Source: Candidatus Multivorans sp. (lineage in GTDB: Bacteria > Acidobacteriota > Thermoanaerobaculia > Multivoradales > Multivoraceae). Taken from it: a stretch of DNA of 64,000 nt. Below, one piece after another: positions 10,797 to 20,085 of the stretch. The notes beneath the pieces were generated by a model that was not told the origin of the DNA, did not search any database, and saw nothing but the letters and a program-made list of their open reading frames with translations. Positions within the stretch are counted from its first letter, which is position 1, and every line of letters begins with the position of its first letter. The position numbers were made by a program, and so were the translations under genes. The stretch covers positions 2,336,599 to 2,400,598 of the forward strand of contig OZ250177.1 in the NCBI GenBank assembly GCA_965238135.1, in the 5' to 3' direction.

Positions 10797-11840
10797 GTGA
10801 TCCCGAAGCACCAGACCCAGGCGTTCCTCATCGGCCCCGGCAACCTCGAACTGAGGCAAATGCCCATGCCGGCGCCCGGCCCGGGCGAGCTCCTGATCCG
10901 GGTCGACGCCGCCACCACCTGCGGAACGGACGTGAAAGTGTTCCGCCGCGGCGGCCATCCAACGATGTTGACTCTGCCGGCGCCGTTCGGCCACGAGGTC
11001 ACCGGCACCGTCGTCCGCGCCGCCGCCGGCGCCGCGCGGACAGAGGGCGACACCGTGGTGGTCGGCAACAGCGCCGCCTGCGGCCAGTGCCAGCCATGCC
11101 GGCACAAGCGCGAGAACCTGTGCCGGGAGCTCGTCTACCTGAACGGGGCCTTTGCCGACTACATGCTGATACCGGCCGCAGTCGCCGAGCGCAGTGTCCA
11201 CCCACGGCCGCCCGGCCTCGAGCCGGCCATTGCGGCTCTGGCCGAGCCGCTGGCCTGCGCCGTCCACTGTCTAGAGCGCTCGCTGGCCGGTTGGAGCGGT
11301 CCGCCGACCGAGGCGCGCGCCCTGATCATTGGTTGCGGCCCCCTCGGCCTCATGCTGATCGATCTGTTCCACAGCGTTCGAGCGCACGTCTCCGTGCTGG
11401 ACCCCCATCCGCACCGGCTCGCGGTGGCCGAGACCTTCGGCGCCGCAGAGACGCACTGCGGACGCGCCGGCGACGACGACGCGGCGCCGGGCGAGCTGTT
11501 CGACTTCACCGTCGACGCCACTGGCAGCCCCGCCGGCTGGCGCCAGGCCGTTTCCTGTCTTGCTCCGGGCGGCGTGGCGGCACTCTTCGGAGGTTGCCGC
11601 CCCGGCGCCACCCTGAAGATCGACGCGGAGGCGGTCCACTACCAGGAGCAGACCCTGCTCGGCGTCTACCACTACCGGCCGGTATCGTTCCGCGCCGCGC
11701 TCGACCGGCTGATCGGCGCGCCGGAACGCTACGGCCAACTGATCGAAGCGGAGCTGCCGCTGGATCGACTGACCGAAGCGCTCGATCTGATGATCGCCCG
11801 CCGCGCGCTCAAGGTGGCCATCCGGCCGCACCCGGACTAG
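10797..11840 (+). CDS. Zinc-dependent alcohol dehydrogenase (MDR superfamily), tandem paralogue
   Basis: CGTD..GHE catalytic Zn motif, CGQCQPCRH structural Zn motif, IIGCGPLGL Rossmann motif; GTG start with GGAGAAG RBS. Confidence 0.85.
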   Translation: MIPKHQTQAFLIGPGNLELRQMPMPAPGPGELLIRVDAATTCGTDVKVFRRGGHPTMLTLPAPFGHEVTGTVVRAAAGAARTEGDTVVVGNSAACGQCQPCRHKRENLCRELVYLNGAFADYMLIPAAVAERSVHPRPPGLEPAIAALAEPLACAVHCLERSLAGWSGPPTEARALIIGCGPLGLMLIDLFHSVRAHVSVLDPHPHRLAVAETFGAAETHCGRAGDDDAAPGELFDFTVDATGSPAGWRQAVSCLAPGGVAALFGGCRPGATLKIDAEAVHYQEQTLLGVYHYRPVSFRAALDRLIGAPERYGQLIEAELPLDRLTEALDLMIARRALKVAIRPHPD

Positions 11841-11906
11841 CACCGGCTTCGCGCCGTATACTGCGCGCCGGCGGCCGATCCGTCCGCCACGCAAATCGAG
11901 CAATAC

Positions 11907-13091
11907 ATGGCAGCCGCGGAGCATGACCTGTCGCCCGATCTTGAGGCGGTGCGCCAGGAACTTGAGCAGGTCGACCGGGATCTGCTGAGCGGTTTCCGGC
12001 GACGCGTCGAGTTGTCGCGGGAAGTCGCCGGCGCCAAGATCGCGGCCGCCTTCCCGTTCCGCGACCAGTTGCGCGAGGAGCAGCTACTGACCCGCGTGCG
12101 CACGATCGCCGCCGAACTCGACCTCGACCCGCACCAGACCGAACGCATCTTCCGCCTGCTGATCGAGATGTCGATCGCCGCGCAGCAGGGCTACATCCGC
12201 GATCTCGATAGGGCGCCGCTACGGGTTGCCTACCAGGGCGTCGAGGGCTCCTTCAGCCATCTCACCGCCCAGCGGCAGTACGCCGGCCGTCCCGGCGGCG
12301 TCGTGCTCCACGGCTACAAGCTGTTCCGGGAGGCTGCCGAAGGCGTCATCGGCGGGCGCCACGACATCGCCCTGCTGCCGATCGAGAACAGCACCGCGGG
12401 CAGCATCAACGAGACCTACGACCTGCTGGCGGAAGGCGGCCTCGTGATCACGGCTGAAGTGATCAGCCAGGTCGCGCACTGCCTGCTCGCCCTGCCCGGC
12501 GCCAGGATCGAGGAACTGCGTCTCGTTCTCTCGCATCCGCAGGCGCTCCGCCAGTGCGACCAGTTCTTCCGCGACCACAACTGGCTACGGCCGCAACCCG
12601 AGTTCGACACCGCGGGCGCCGCCGCGCGCGTTCGCGAGAGCAACGACCCGAGCATCGGCGCCATCGCCAGCGAGCCGGCCGCACGCGTCTTCGGTCTCGA
12701 GATTCTCGCCCACAGCATCCAGAACCAGGCCGGCAACTTCACCCGCTTTGTGGAAGTCGCCCGGGAGGCGGCGCCCTGTCCTCCGGAACAGCCCTGCAAG
12801 ACCTCCCTGCTGCTCGCCACCGGGAATCACCCCGGAGACCTGGGCGAGGTTCTACTCAGCTTCTCCCGCCGAGGCGTGAACCTGACCAAGCTCGAATCGC
12901 GGCCGATCCCCGCCACGCCCTGGCGCTACCGCTTCTACCTGGACATCGAGGGCCACGCCGCCTCAGTACCCGTCACCGAAGCGCTGCAGGCGATCGAACC
13001 GAAGACCGCCGAGCTCCGCATCCTGGGTACGTATCCTCGGGCCGAGCTGCCGGCCGCACCCGCCGACGAGGGCGGCGCGGCCGACGACTGA
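11907..13091 (+). CDS. pheA: Bifunctional chorismate mutase / prephenate dehydratase
   Basis: N-terminal CM_2 domain (RRRVELSREVAGAKI), PDT domain with ESRP motif (TKLESRPI) and C-terminal ACT domain. Confidence 0.9.
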   Translation: MAAAEHDLSPDLEAVRQELEQVDRDLLSGFRRRVELSREVAGAKIAAAFPFRDQLREEQLLTRVRTIAAELDLDPHQTERIFRLLIEMSIAAQQGYIRDLDRAPLRVAYQGVEGSFSHLTAQRQYAGRPGGVVLHGYKLFREAAEGVIGGRHDIALLPIENSTAGSINETYDLLAEGGLVITAEVISQVAHCLLALPGARIEELRLVLSHPQALRQCDQFFRDHNWLRPQPEFDTAGAAARVRESNDPSIGAIASEPAARVFGLEILAHSIQNQAGNFTRFVEVAREAAPCPPEQPCKTSLLLATGNHPGDLGEVLLSFSRRGVNLTKLESRPIPATPWRYRFYLDIEGHAASVPVTEALQAIEPKTAELRILGTYPRAELPAAPADEGGAADD

Positions 13092-13099
13092 AGCCCGCC

Positions 13100-14308
13100 A
13101 TGCCACAGCGCGCCGACGTCGTCTGCATCGGAGCCGGGATCATCGGCCTGGCCACCGCTCGCAGCCTCTCCCGCCGTTACAGAGAGCTCGACATCCTCGT
13201 GGTCGAGGCCGAACCACGACCTGCCGTCCATCAGACCGGGCACAACAGCGGCGTCATCCATTCCGGCCTCTACTACAAGCCCGGCTCGCTCAAGGCGCAG
13301 AACTGCGTCACCGGGCGCCGCCGCCTGATCAAGTTCTGCGACCGTCGCGACATCCCCTACGAGATCTGCGGCAAGCTCGTCATCGCGACCGACCGGGAGG
13401 AGATCCCGCGTCTCGACGAGCTGGAACGGCGCGGCCGCGCGAACGGCCTTGCCGGCCTGGAGCGGTTGCCGCCCGAGCGCATCCCGGAGTTCGAACCCCA
13501 CGCCACCGGCGTCGACGCGCTGTGGGTCCCGGAGACCGGCATCGTCGACTACAAGGCCGTCGCGAATGCCTACGCCGACGAGTTGGAGGACGCCGGTGTC
13601 CCGCTCCACCTGCGGACCCGGGTCACCGGCATTGAACCCAGGTCCGATGGCATCGTCATCCAGACCACCGCCGGCGACTTCGAAGCCGGCCACTCGGTCA
13701 ACTGCGCGGGCCTGCAGTCGGACCGGGTCGCCCGCATGGCCGGTCTCGACCCCGACGTCCGGATCGTGCCCTTCCGCGGCGAGTATTTCGACATCGCGCC
13801 CGAACGGCGCGAACTGTTGCGCGGCCTGATCTATCCAGTGCCCGATCCGCGCTTTCCCTTCCTCGGCGTTCACCTGACCCGGCGAGTCGACGGCTCGGTC
13901 GAGGCGGGGCCCAACGCAGTGCTGGCGCTCAAGCGCGAGGGCTACGCCCGCGGCAGCTTCGACGCGCGCGACACCTGGAGCAGCCTCAGCTACCCGGGCT
14001 TCTGGAAGATGTCCCTGCGCTTCTGGAAGGTGGGCATCGGCGAGATGGCCCGCTCCGGCAGCCGCACCCGCTTCGCCCGCGACCTCCGACGCTTCGTCCC
14101 CGACATCCGCGACTCCGATCTGCTTCCCGGCGGCGCCGGCATCCGCGCCCAGGCCCTGGACCGCAAGGGCAACCTGGTCGACGACTTCGCGATCGAGACC
14201 AGCCCGAGGATGCTGCACGTTCTGAATGCGCCCTCCCCCGGCGCCACCGCGTCGCTCGCGATCGGCGACACGCTCGCCGACCGGGCGGCGGAGACGTTTG
14301 GGCTGTGA
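13100..14308 (+). CDS. lhgO: L-2-hydroxyglutarate oxidase/dehydrogenase (FAD-dependent)
   Basis: ATG 9 nt after pheA stop; N-terminal FAD motif DVVCIGAGIIGLATA, HNSGVIHSGLYY motif characteristic of LhgO/YgaF family. Confidence 0.85.
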   Translation: MPQRADVVCIGAGIIGLATARSLSRRYRELDILVVEAEPRPAVHQTGHNSGVIHSGLYYKPGSLKAQNCVTGRRRLIKFCDRRDIPYEICGKLVIATDREEIPRLDELERRGRANGLAGLERLPPERIPEFEPHATGVDALWVPETGIVDYKAVANAYADELEDAGVPLHLRTRVTGIEPRSDGIVIQTTAGDFEAGHSVNCAGLQSDRVARMAGLDPDVRIVPFRGEYFDIAPERRELLRGLIYPVPDPRFPFLGVHLTRRVDGSVEAGPNAVLALKREGYARGSFDARDTWSSLSYPGFWKMSLRFWKVGIGEMARSGSRTRFARDLRRFVPDIRDSDLLPGGAGIRAQALDRKGNLVDDFAIETSPRMLHVLNAPSPGATASLAIGDTLADRAAETFGL

Positions 14309-14421
14309 TGCCTTTGGCGGCGCCGGGAACTTGCGCTGCAGGAACTGGGTGCGCCGCCGCCCCCGCCGGCTTCCGAGAGGAAACGCGCCGCGAAGCGGCG
14401 ACAACAATACCGCGCTAGCGC

Positions 14422-15099
14422 ATGACAAAAACCACCGAAACCAGGTTCCTTGTCTCCCCCGAGCAGGAAGTCAGCGCTCTCCTGCTCGAGCCCGAAAACG
14501 CGCGCTGCCTGCTCGTCTTCGCCCACGGCGCCGGCGCGGGCATGCGCCACGCCACGATCGAGACGTTCGCCCAGGGCGTGGCGCGGCTTGGAATCGCCAC
14601 GCTCCGATTTCGGTTTCCCTATCGTGAGAAGGGCCGCCGCCCCCCGGACCCGCGGCTCCTATTGCAGCGATCCGTTCGGGCGGCGGTGGCCCAAGCCAAA
14701 ACCATGCGGCCCGACTTGCCGCTTCTTGTGGGCGGCCGGTCGATGGGAGGCCGCATGGCCTCAGGCACCGATGCTATCGAAGCCCTCGATGTCGCCGGTT
14801 TCGTCTTCCACGCCTTTCCGCTCCACCCTCCCGGCAAGCCCAGCACATCGCGCGCCGAGCACCTCGAGCAAGTCGCCAAGCCGATGCTCTTCCTGAACGG
14901 CACCCGGGACCGGCTCGCCGACCCGGACCTCCTGACCGGCGTCTGCGATCGGTTAGGTTCCCGCGCCACTCTCCACCGGGTCGAAGGCGGAGACCACAGC
15001 CTGCAGGTGCTGAAGCGGTCGGGCCGCAAGCAAGAAGACGTCGACCAGGAGGTGGCGGAGGCGGTCAGCTGGTGGTGCCGGGACGTGCTGGGCCTGTAG
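14422..15099 (+). CDS. Alpha/beta-hydrolase-fold predicted hydrolase (COG3571/dienelactone-hydrolase-like)
   Basis: 225 aa, VFAHGAGAG, nucleophile-elbow-like GGRSMGGRMAS, C-terminal GGDHSL His region. Confidence 0.75.
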   Translation: MTKTTETRFLVSPEQEVSALLLEPENARCLLVFAHGAGAGMRHATIETFAQGVARLGIATLRFRFPYREKGRRPPDPRLLLQRSVRAAVAQAKTMRPDLPLLVGGRSMGGRMASGTDAIEALDVAGFVFHAFPLHPPGKPSTSRAEHLEQVAKPMLFLNGTRDRLADPDLLTGVCDRLGSRATLHRVEGGDHSLQVLKRSGRKQEDVDQEVAEAVSWWCRDVLGL

Positions 15100-15138
15100 G
15101 GGAAGCGCGATAGCGGTTTCGTGTCCAGTAGCCATCGG

Positions 15139-15519
15139 TCACCACGCCACCCCCAAGCTGCGACCGAGGTCCTCGAACGTCTTCATCCTCTTCAGGCCGA
15201 GCATCCCGAACGCCTCGGTAAACCCCGTTCGGCCCTCAAGCGTGCTCTCCACGAGTGCCCGGGCGAAGCGTTTGCTTACTCGTGCGCCCAACGTCAAGTA
15301 GCCAATGGGCGCATGCGTCGCCTTCGCGAAGCTCTCCAACTGCCTGAACGTAGGCTGCATCTCGCCGCGCTCCCATGCCTCGATCTTCGGGAAGCGCCGC
15401 GACAGATCCTCCATCGTACGACCGGCCCGCTCACGGGCCCATCGCACGAGATCGGGGTTCACAGGGACGCGGATCATCGGTGGAACCTCAGGCTCGCTTG
15501 GCGCCAGGGTCTCGGCCAA
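15139..15519 (-). CDS. XRE-type helix-turn-helix DNA-binding protein (start possibly at internal ATG 15477)
   Basis: HTH-like segment DLVRWARERAGRTMEDLSRRF...QPTFRQLESFAKATHAPIGYL; GC3 and regional GC (~61%) lower than flanks. Confidence 0.55.
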   Translation of the reverse strand: MAETLAPSEPEVPPMIRVPVNPDLVRWARERAGRTMEDLSRRFPKIEAWERGEMQPTFRQLESFAKATHAPIGYLTLGARVSKRFARALVESTLEGRTGFTEAFGMLGLKRMKTFEDLGRSLGVAW

Positions 15520-15724
15520 GACTAAGCAAGCGGTTTGATCTCAGGTCATCCAGGTCACCAATCCAACCTGCCCCACGCATGCGCCTCGCCTCTTCAAGCC
15601 TCAGGGCCTCAGAAGCCGGTGTCCCTGGGGCGGGTTTGAGGGCATCACGCTTCGCCTTCAGCCGTTCGCCGCGCACGGCCTTGGCACGTACCTCGCTGTC
15701 CACGCCTAGCTTCGAGCTAGCCAT
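15488..15724 (-). CDS. Small basic hypothetical protein (78 aa) upstream of the HTH gene; coding status uncertain
   Basis: Only ORF filling the lower-GC islet upstream of the HTH gene; charged, low-complexity, atypical codon usage; no family recognised. Confidence 0.3.
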   Translation of the reverse strand: MASSKLGVDSEVRAKAVRGERLKAKRDALKPAPGTPASEALRLEEARRMRGAGWIGDLDDLRSNRLLSLGRDPGAKRA

Positions 15725-15822
15725 GCGCCAACCCTATACAGATCACACGCGCCTTCCCCATGGGAGCGCCAACGTCCCAGGCTCACAAGGAGACGTTGAC
15801 GGCCCGGTGATACCTTGCCGAC

Positions 15823-16287
15823 GTGCTCGGCACAGGCTTTCTCGGCACAAGGGCCGACGCCTTCGTGGACTCCGCGGTGGTCTTCCTCGTGGCGGCGCCG
15901 TTCCTGATGGCGTACGCGATACGACTCGCCAGGCAGCACCGCTACCGCCGGCACCGTAACCTTCAGGTGACCCTGTTGCTGGCCGGAATCGTGGCCGTCC
16001 TGCTGCTCGAGGGCAGCATCCGCTTCGGCAGCGCCCAGGAGGCCTTCGCACTGAGCTCGGCGACGGGCCCGTGGCGGGCCTGGCTCTTCTATGGGCATCT
16101 CGTCGTCGCCTTCGCGACCGCCATCGCCTGGTTCACACTGGCAGTCCTGTCCTGGCGCCGTTTCACTCGCACCCTGCCGGGCCCCTTCGGCCGGCCGCAC
16201 CGACGCTGGGGGTTGCTCACCTTCATCGGCCTGTTCCTGACCTCAGCAAGCGGCACCGCCTTGTACGTCGTCAGTTTCGCGCTCTGA
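15823..16287 (+). CDS. DUF420 family membrane protein
   Basis: 154 aa with 4 predicted TM helices; sequence pattern of DUF420 proteins; GTG start is the first start after an in-frame stop at 15808. Confidence 0.75.
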   Translation: MLGTGFLGTRADAFVDSAVVFLVAAPFLMAYAIRLARQHRYRRHRNLQVTLLLAGIVAVLLLEGSIRFGSAQEAFALSSATGPWRAWLFYGHLVVAFATAIAWFTLAVLSWRRFTRTLPGPFGRPHRRWGLLTFIGLFLTSASGTALYVVSFAL

Positions 16288-16394
16288 CGACGCGGCAGAC
16301 GGACCGTGCAGATCGCCCTGGCGATGCCGGGAGCGGAAGCCGCCCTTCGCCAGAGCCGGCGTTGATGAAGCGCCGCCTATAATCGCGCCCCATC

Positions 16395-18569
16395 ATGAGA
16401 CCAACTCTTCGCCGGCTTATGCCGGCTCTTCTTCTCCCCCTCTTGGCCTGTTCCTCCGACACCTTCAACCCCGGGCCGGTGGAGTACCCGGAGACCCGGC
16501 AGGCGGACCAGGTCGACGACTACTTCGGGGTCGAGGTCGCTGACCCCTACCGCTGGCTGGAAGACCTCGACGGCGAGGAAACGGCGGCCTGGGTGGCGGC
16601 GCAGAACGCCGTTGCCGAGCCGTTTCTGGCCTCACTTCCGGGCCGGTCCGCGATCGAGGACCGGCTGCGGGAGATCTGGAACTACGAGCGCTGGAGCACG
16701 CCGAGCAAGCGCGGCGAGCGCTACTTCTACCAGCACAACGACGGACTGCAGGACCAGAGCGTGGTCTACGTCGCCGAACAGGTGGACCAGGAGGGCGACG
16801 AGCCCCCGGGCCACGTCCTGCTCGACCCGAACAGTTGGAGCGACGACGCGACGGTGGCGCTGGCCGGGTTCACGCCCAGCCGGGACGGCCGCTTCGTGGC
16901 CTACGCGCAGTCGGACGGCGGGTCGGACTGGCGGAAGTGGATGGTGCACGATGTCGAGAGCGGCGAGGACACCGGCGACCTGATCGACTTCACGAAGTTC
17001 ACCTCAATCTCCTGGATGCCGGACAACTCGGGCTTCTTCTACAGCCGCTATCCCCCGCGGGAAGACGACCCGACGCAGGGTGACGGCTCGAAGGCCGTCT
17101 CCGTGTACTTCCACGCCCTAGGCACGGACCAGGCCGAGGATCGGCTGGTGTTCAGCCAGCCGGAGCATCCGCGTCGCAACCCCTACGCCTCCGTCTCCGA
17201 GGACGGCGCGTACCTGCTGGTCAACCTCCAGGAGGGGTATCTCGAGAACGCCGTCCACTACCGCAAAATCGACGAACCGTATCAGGCGATCCGCCCGCTG
17301 CTCGACCAGTGGGACGCGCTCTACGGCTACATCGTGAACATCGGCCACGTGTTCCTGTTCGAGACGAACAAGGACGCTCCGCGCAACCGCATCGTCGCGG
17401 TGGATGTCGAGGAGAAGGGCACGCCCGGCAACCCGACGCTCCATGAGGTCCTTCCCGAGTCCGAGGACACGCTGTCCTACGTATCCGCGGTCGGCGGCAA
17501 GCTGGTACTCAACTACCTGCACGACGCGCACACCGTCGTGCGCCTTGCCGACCCGAACGGCACCCAGCCCGCGACTCCGACCGGCGAGGTCGAGTTGCCC
17601 GGGATCGGCACTGCCGACGGCTTCGGAGGCCGCTGGGAGGATTCCGAGACCTACTACTCTTACTCCAGCTTCGGCACGCCGTCGCAGATCCACCGCTACG
17701 ACGTCGCCACCGGCGAGAGCGAGTTGATCCGCAGCCCCGCGATCAACGCCGACCTCGACGGCTACGAAACGGAGCAGGTCTTCTACGAGAGCCGCGACGG
17801 CACCCGCATCCCGATGTTCATCACCCACCGCAAGGGCCTGGAGAGGAACGGCGACAACCCGACCCTGCTCTACGGCTACGGCGGCTTCAACATCTCGCTC
17901 ACGCCCAGCTTCTCCTCGTCGCGGCTGGCCTGGCTGGAGATGGGCGGCGTACTGGCGATCCCGAACCTGCGCGGCGGCGGCGAGTACGGCCGCGAGTGGC
18001 ACCTGGCGGGCACAAAGCAGAACAAACAGAACGTCTTCGACGACTGCATCGCCGCCGCCGAGTGGCTGATCGCCGAGGGCTACACCAGTAGCGGGCGGAT
18101 CGCGATCCAGGGCGGCAGCAACGGCGGCCTCCTGGTCGGCGCGACTCTGAACCAGCGGCCCGACCTGTTCGCGGCCGCCCTGCCGGCGGTCGGCGTCCTC
18201 GACATGCTGCGCTACCACCTGCCGAGCGCCAACGCGCGCAACTGGTCGACCGACTACGGTGTGTCGGAGAACGAGGAGGACTTCCGGGCTCAGTACGCCT
18301 ACTCGCCGCTCCACACGGTGCAGGAGGGCGGCTGCTACCCGCCGACCCTGATCACGACCGCCGACCACGACGACCGGGTCGTGCCCTGGCACAGCTTCAA
18401 GTACGCGGCCGCCATGCAGAAGGCACAGGGCTGCGACGAGCCGGTGCTGATCCGGGTCGAGACACGTGCGGGCCACGGCGCCGGCAAACCGACCTGGATG
18501 CAGATCGAGGATGTCGCCGACCAGTGGGCCTTCGCGGCCTGGGCGCTTGGCCTCGAACCGAGCTTCTAG
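16395..18569 (+). CDS. Prolyl oligopeptidase (S9A) with lipoprotein-type signal peptide
   Basis: N-terminal LLPLLACSS lipobox, beta-propeller region, catalytic GGSNGGLLVG nucleophile elbow, C-terminal D and H (GHGAGKP). Confidence 0.9.
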   Translation: MRPTLRRLMPALLLPLLACSSDTFNPGPVEYPETRQADQVDDYFGVEVADPYRWLEDLDGEETAAWVAAQNAVAEPFLASLPGRSAIEDRLREIWNYERWSTPSKRGERYFYQHNDGLQDQSVVYVAEQVDQEGDEPPGHVLLDPNSWSDDATVALAGFTPSRDGRFVAYAQSDGGSDWRKWMVHDVESGEDTGDLIDFTKFTSISWMPDNSGFFYSRYPPREDDPTQGDGSKAVSVYFHALGTDQAEDRLVFSQPEHPRRNPYASVSEDGAYLLVNLQEGYLENAVHYRKIDEPYQAIRPLLDQWDALYGYIVNIGHVFLFETNKDAPRNRIVAVDVEEKGTPGNPTLHEVLPESEDTLSYVSAVGGKLVLNYLHDAHTVVRLADPNGTQPATPTGEVELPGIGTADGFGGRWEDSETYYSYSSFGTPSQIHRYDVATGESELIRSPAINADLDGYETEQVFYESRDGTRIPMFITHRKGLERNGDNPTLLYGYGGFNISLTPSFSSSRLAWLEMGGVLAIPNLRGGGEYGREWHLAGTKQNKQNVFDDCIAAAEWLIAEGYTSSGRIAIQGGSNGGLLVGATLNQRPDLFAAALPAVGVLDMLRYHLPSANARNWSTDYGVSENEEDFRAQYAYSPLHTVQEGGCYPPTLITTADHDDRVVPWHSFKYAAAMQKAQGCDEPVLIRVETRAGHGAGKPTWMQIEDVADQWAFAAWALGLEPSF

Positions 18570-18583
18570 CCGGAGCCCGGAAG

Positions 18584-19000
18584 ATGGCAACGCCCTACCG
18601 GCACACGATCCGCGTCCGCTACGGCGAGGTCGACAAGCAGGGCGTGGTCTACAACGCCCACTACCTGGCGTACATGGACGACGCCCTGGAGAACTGGCTG
18701 CTCGGCATCCGCGAACTCCGGGCGAAGCTCGGTTGGGAGATGATGCTCCGCCGCTGCACGATCGACTTCCTCGGTTCGGTGACCGACGGCGACCTGCTGG
18801 AAATCGACCTGGCCATCCGGCACTGGGGCCGCACCTCCTGGACGCTCGGCTACCGCGGCGCCCACGAGGGGCGGCTCGTGTTCGCCGGGGAAGTGCTGTA
18901 CGTCAGCGTGCACGCCCCGGAGTACACGAAGATGGAAACGCCGGCCGAGATTCGGGCCTACATGGGGCCCGAAACCGACCTGGAAGAGGTAGCGGTCTGA
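18584..19000 (+). CDS. Acyl-CoA thioesterase, 4HBT/YbgC-like hot-dog fold
   Basis: VRYGEVDKQGVVYNAHYLAYMDDALENW motif typical of 4HBT thioesterases; start at internal ATG 18584. Confidence 0.8.
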   Translation: MATPYRHTIRVRYGEVDKQGVVYNAHYLAYMDDALENWLLGIRELRAKLGWEMMLRRCTIDFLGSVTDGDLLEIDLAIRHWGRTSWTLGYRGAHEGRLVFAGEVLYVSVHAPEYTKMETPAEIRAYMGPETDLEEVAV

Positions 19001-19044
19001 GTCCCGACTCCGGTTCGGGCAACGAGCCCCTCCCGTTCGCCGAC

Positions 19045-19668
19045 CTCCAGCCGCTCCCCCGCTCCTGCTACGCCCGCACGGCGCTCGACGTGGCGCCAGC
19101 ACTCCTCAACAAGGTCCTCGTCCGCGGCCGCCGCGCCGCCCGGATCGTCGAAGTCGAGGCCTACGAAGGCGCAAGCGACCCCTCCAGCCACGGTTACCGG
19201 GGCATCACCAACCGCAACCGGACGATGTTCGGGCCGCCGGGCCACCTCTACGTCTACTTCACCTACGGCATGCACCACTGTGCCAACGTCGTCTGCGGCG
19301 AAGAGGGCGTCTGCTCGGCGGTGCTTCTGCGAGCCCTCGCGCCGCTCACCGGCGAAGAGATCATGCGCCGCGCCCGCACGGCCGCGAGCCGCCGACGCTC
19401 CACCAAGCCGCTGCGCACGATCGACCTCTGCTCCGGTCCGGCCCGCCTGTGCCAGGCGTTCGGTTTGAACCGCCGCCACGACGGCGCCGACCTGGTTCAA
19501 GCCGCGACCACCTCGACCCGAGGCCGGCGCCCCATCTTCATCGCCGACGACGGTACGCCGCCCCCGGACGAACCCGGCCGCAGCGGCCGCATCGGCGTCT
19601 CCCAAGCCCCGAACCGACCCTGGCGCTTCTACGTCGACGGCGATCCGAACGTCTCCAGGGTCCCGTAA
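19045..19668 (+). CDS. mpg: DNA-3-methyladenine glycosylase (Mpg/AAG family); start codon ambiguous
   Basis: Conserved Mpg core (RIVEVEAYEG, HGYRGITNRNRTMFGPPGHLYVYFTYGMHHCANVV, GRIGVS). No ATG/GTG/TTG lies in frame between the upstream stop (18998-19000) and the conserved core except GTG 19090; CTG 19045 or GTG 19090 are the candidate starts. Confidence 0.75.
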   Translation, partial: LQPLPRSCYARTALDVAPALLNKVLVRGRRAARIVEVEAYEGASDPSSHGYRGITNRNRTMFGPPGHLYVYFTYGMHHCANVVCGEEGVCSAVLLRALAPLTGEEIMRRARTAASRRRSTKPLRTIDLCSGPARLCQAFGLNRRHDGADLVQAATTSTRGRRPIFIADDGTPPPDEPGRSGRIGVSQAPNRPWRFYVDGDPNVSRVP

Positions 19669-19728
19669 CCGCCACGCGGGTCAAACGGGCGCTACGATGG
19701 AACCCACCCGGTTGAGTTGGGTTGAACC

Positions 19729-20082
19729 ATGCACACCGACGACCGCGACATCACCGCCTACGCGTTCTTCCGGCACATCGCCTCGCTGCCGTTCGTGGAC
19801 AAGGTGGTTCTCTTCGGTTCCCGCGCTCGAGGCGACCATCACGATCGCTCCGACATCGACCTCGCCGTATTCTGCGACGGCGCCGGCGCCGACGACTGGC
19901 GCGAAGTCAAAAACTGTCTGAGAGAGGGCCGAATCGACACCCTGCTCAACGTGGACTGCGTCCGCTTCGACGACAGCCCCGCCGCGCTCAGGGAGCACAT
20001 CCTCGCCGATGGAACCGTGCTCTATGAGCGGCCGGCCTCTCCATCCGCCGGTCTGGCGGCGCCTGAACATCGCGGAGCCTGA
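19729..20082 (+). CDS. Minimal nucleotidyltransferase (MNT/MntA-type, Pol-beta superfamily) - antitoxin-type partner
   Basis: GSRARGDHHDRSDIDLAVF = GS-x9-DxD nucleotidyltransferase motif; 117 aa; immediately followed (4-nt gap) by a HEPN gene. Confidence 0.8.
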   Translation: MHTDDRDITAYAFFRHIASLPFVDKVVLFGSRARGDHHDRSDIDLAVFCDGAGADDWREVKNCLREGRIDTLLNVDCVRFDDSPAALREHILADGTVLYERPASPSAGLAAPEHRGA

Positions 20083-20085
20083 AGA

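Noticed and set aside
12554-13099. 5' extension of the lhgO ORF (584-aa version) overlapping the pheA 3' end
   Set aside because: Arg-rich junk in an alternative frame of pheA; the true start is ATG 13100 with FAD motif immediately after.
12935-14428. 497-aa minus-strand ORF
   Set aside because: Antisense to lhgO; low-complexity Ala/Gly/Arg translation.
17118-18590. 490-aa minus-strand ORF
   Set aside because: Antisense to the prolyl oligopeptidase gene, which has unambiguous catalytic motifs on the plus strand.
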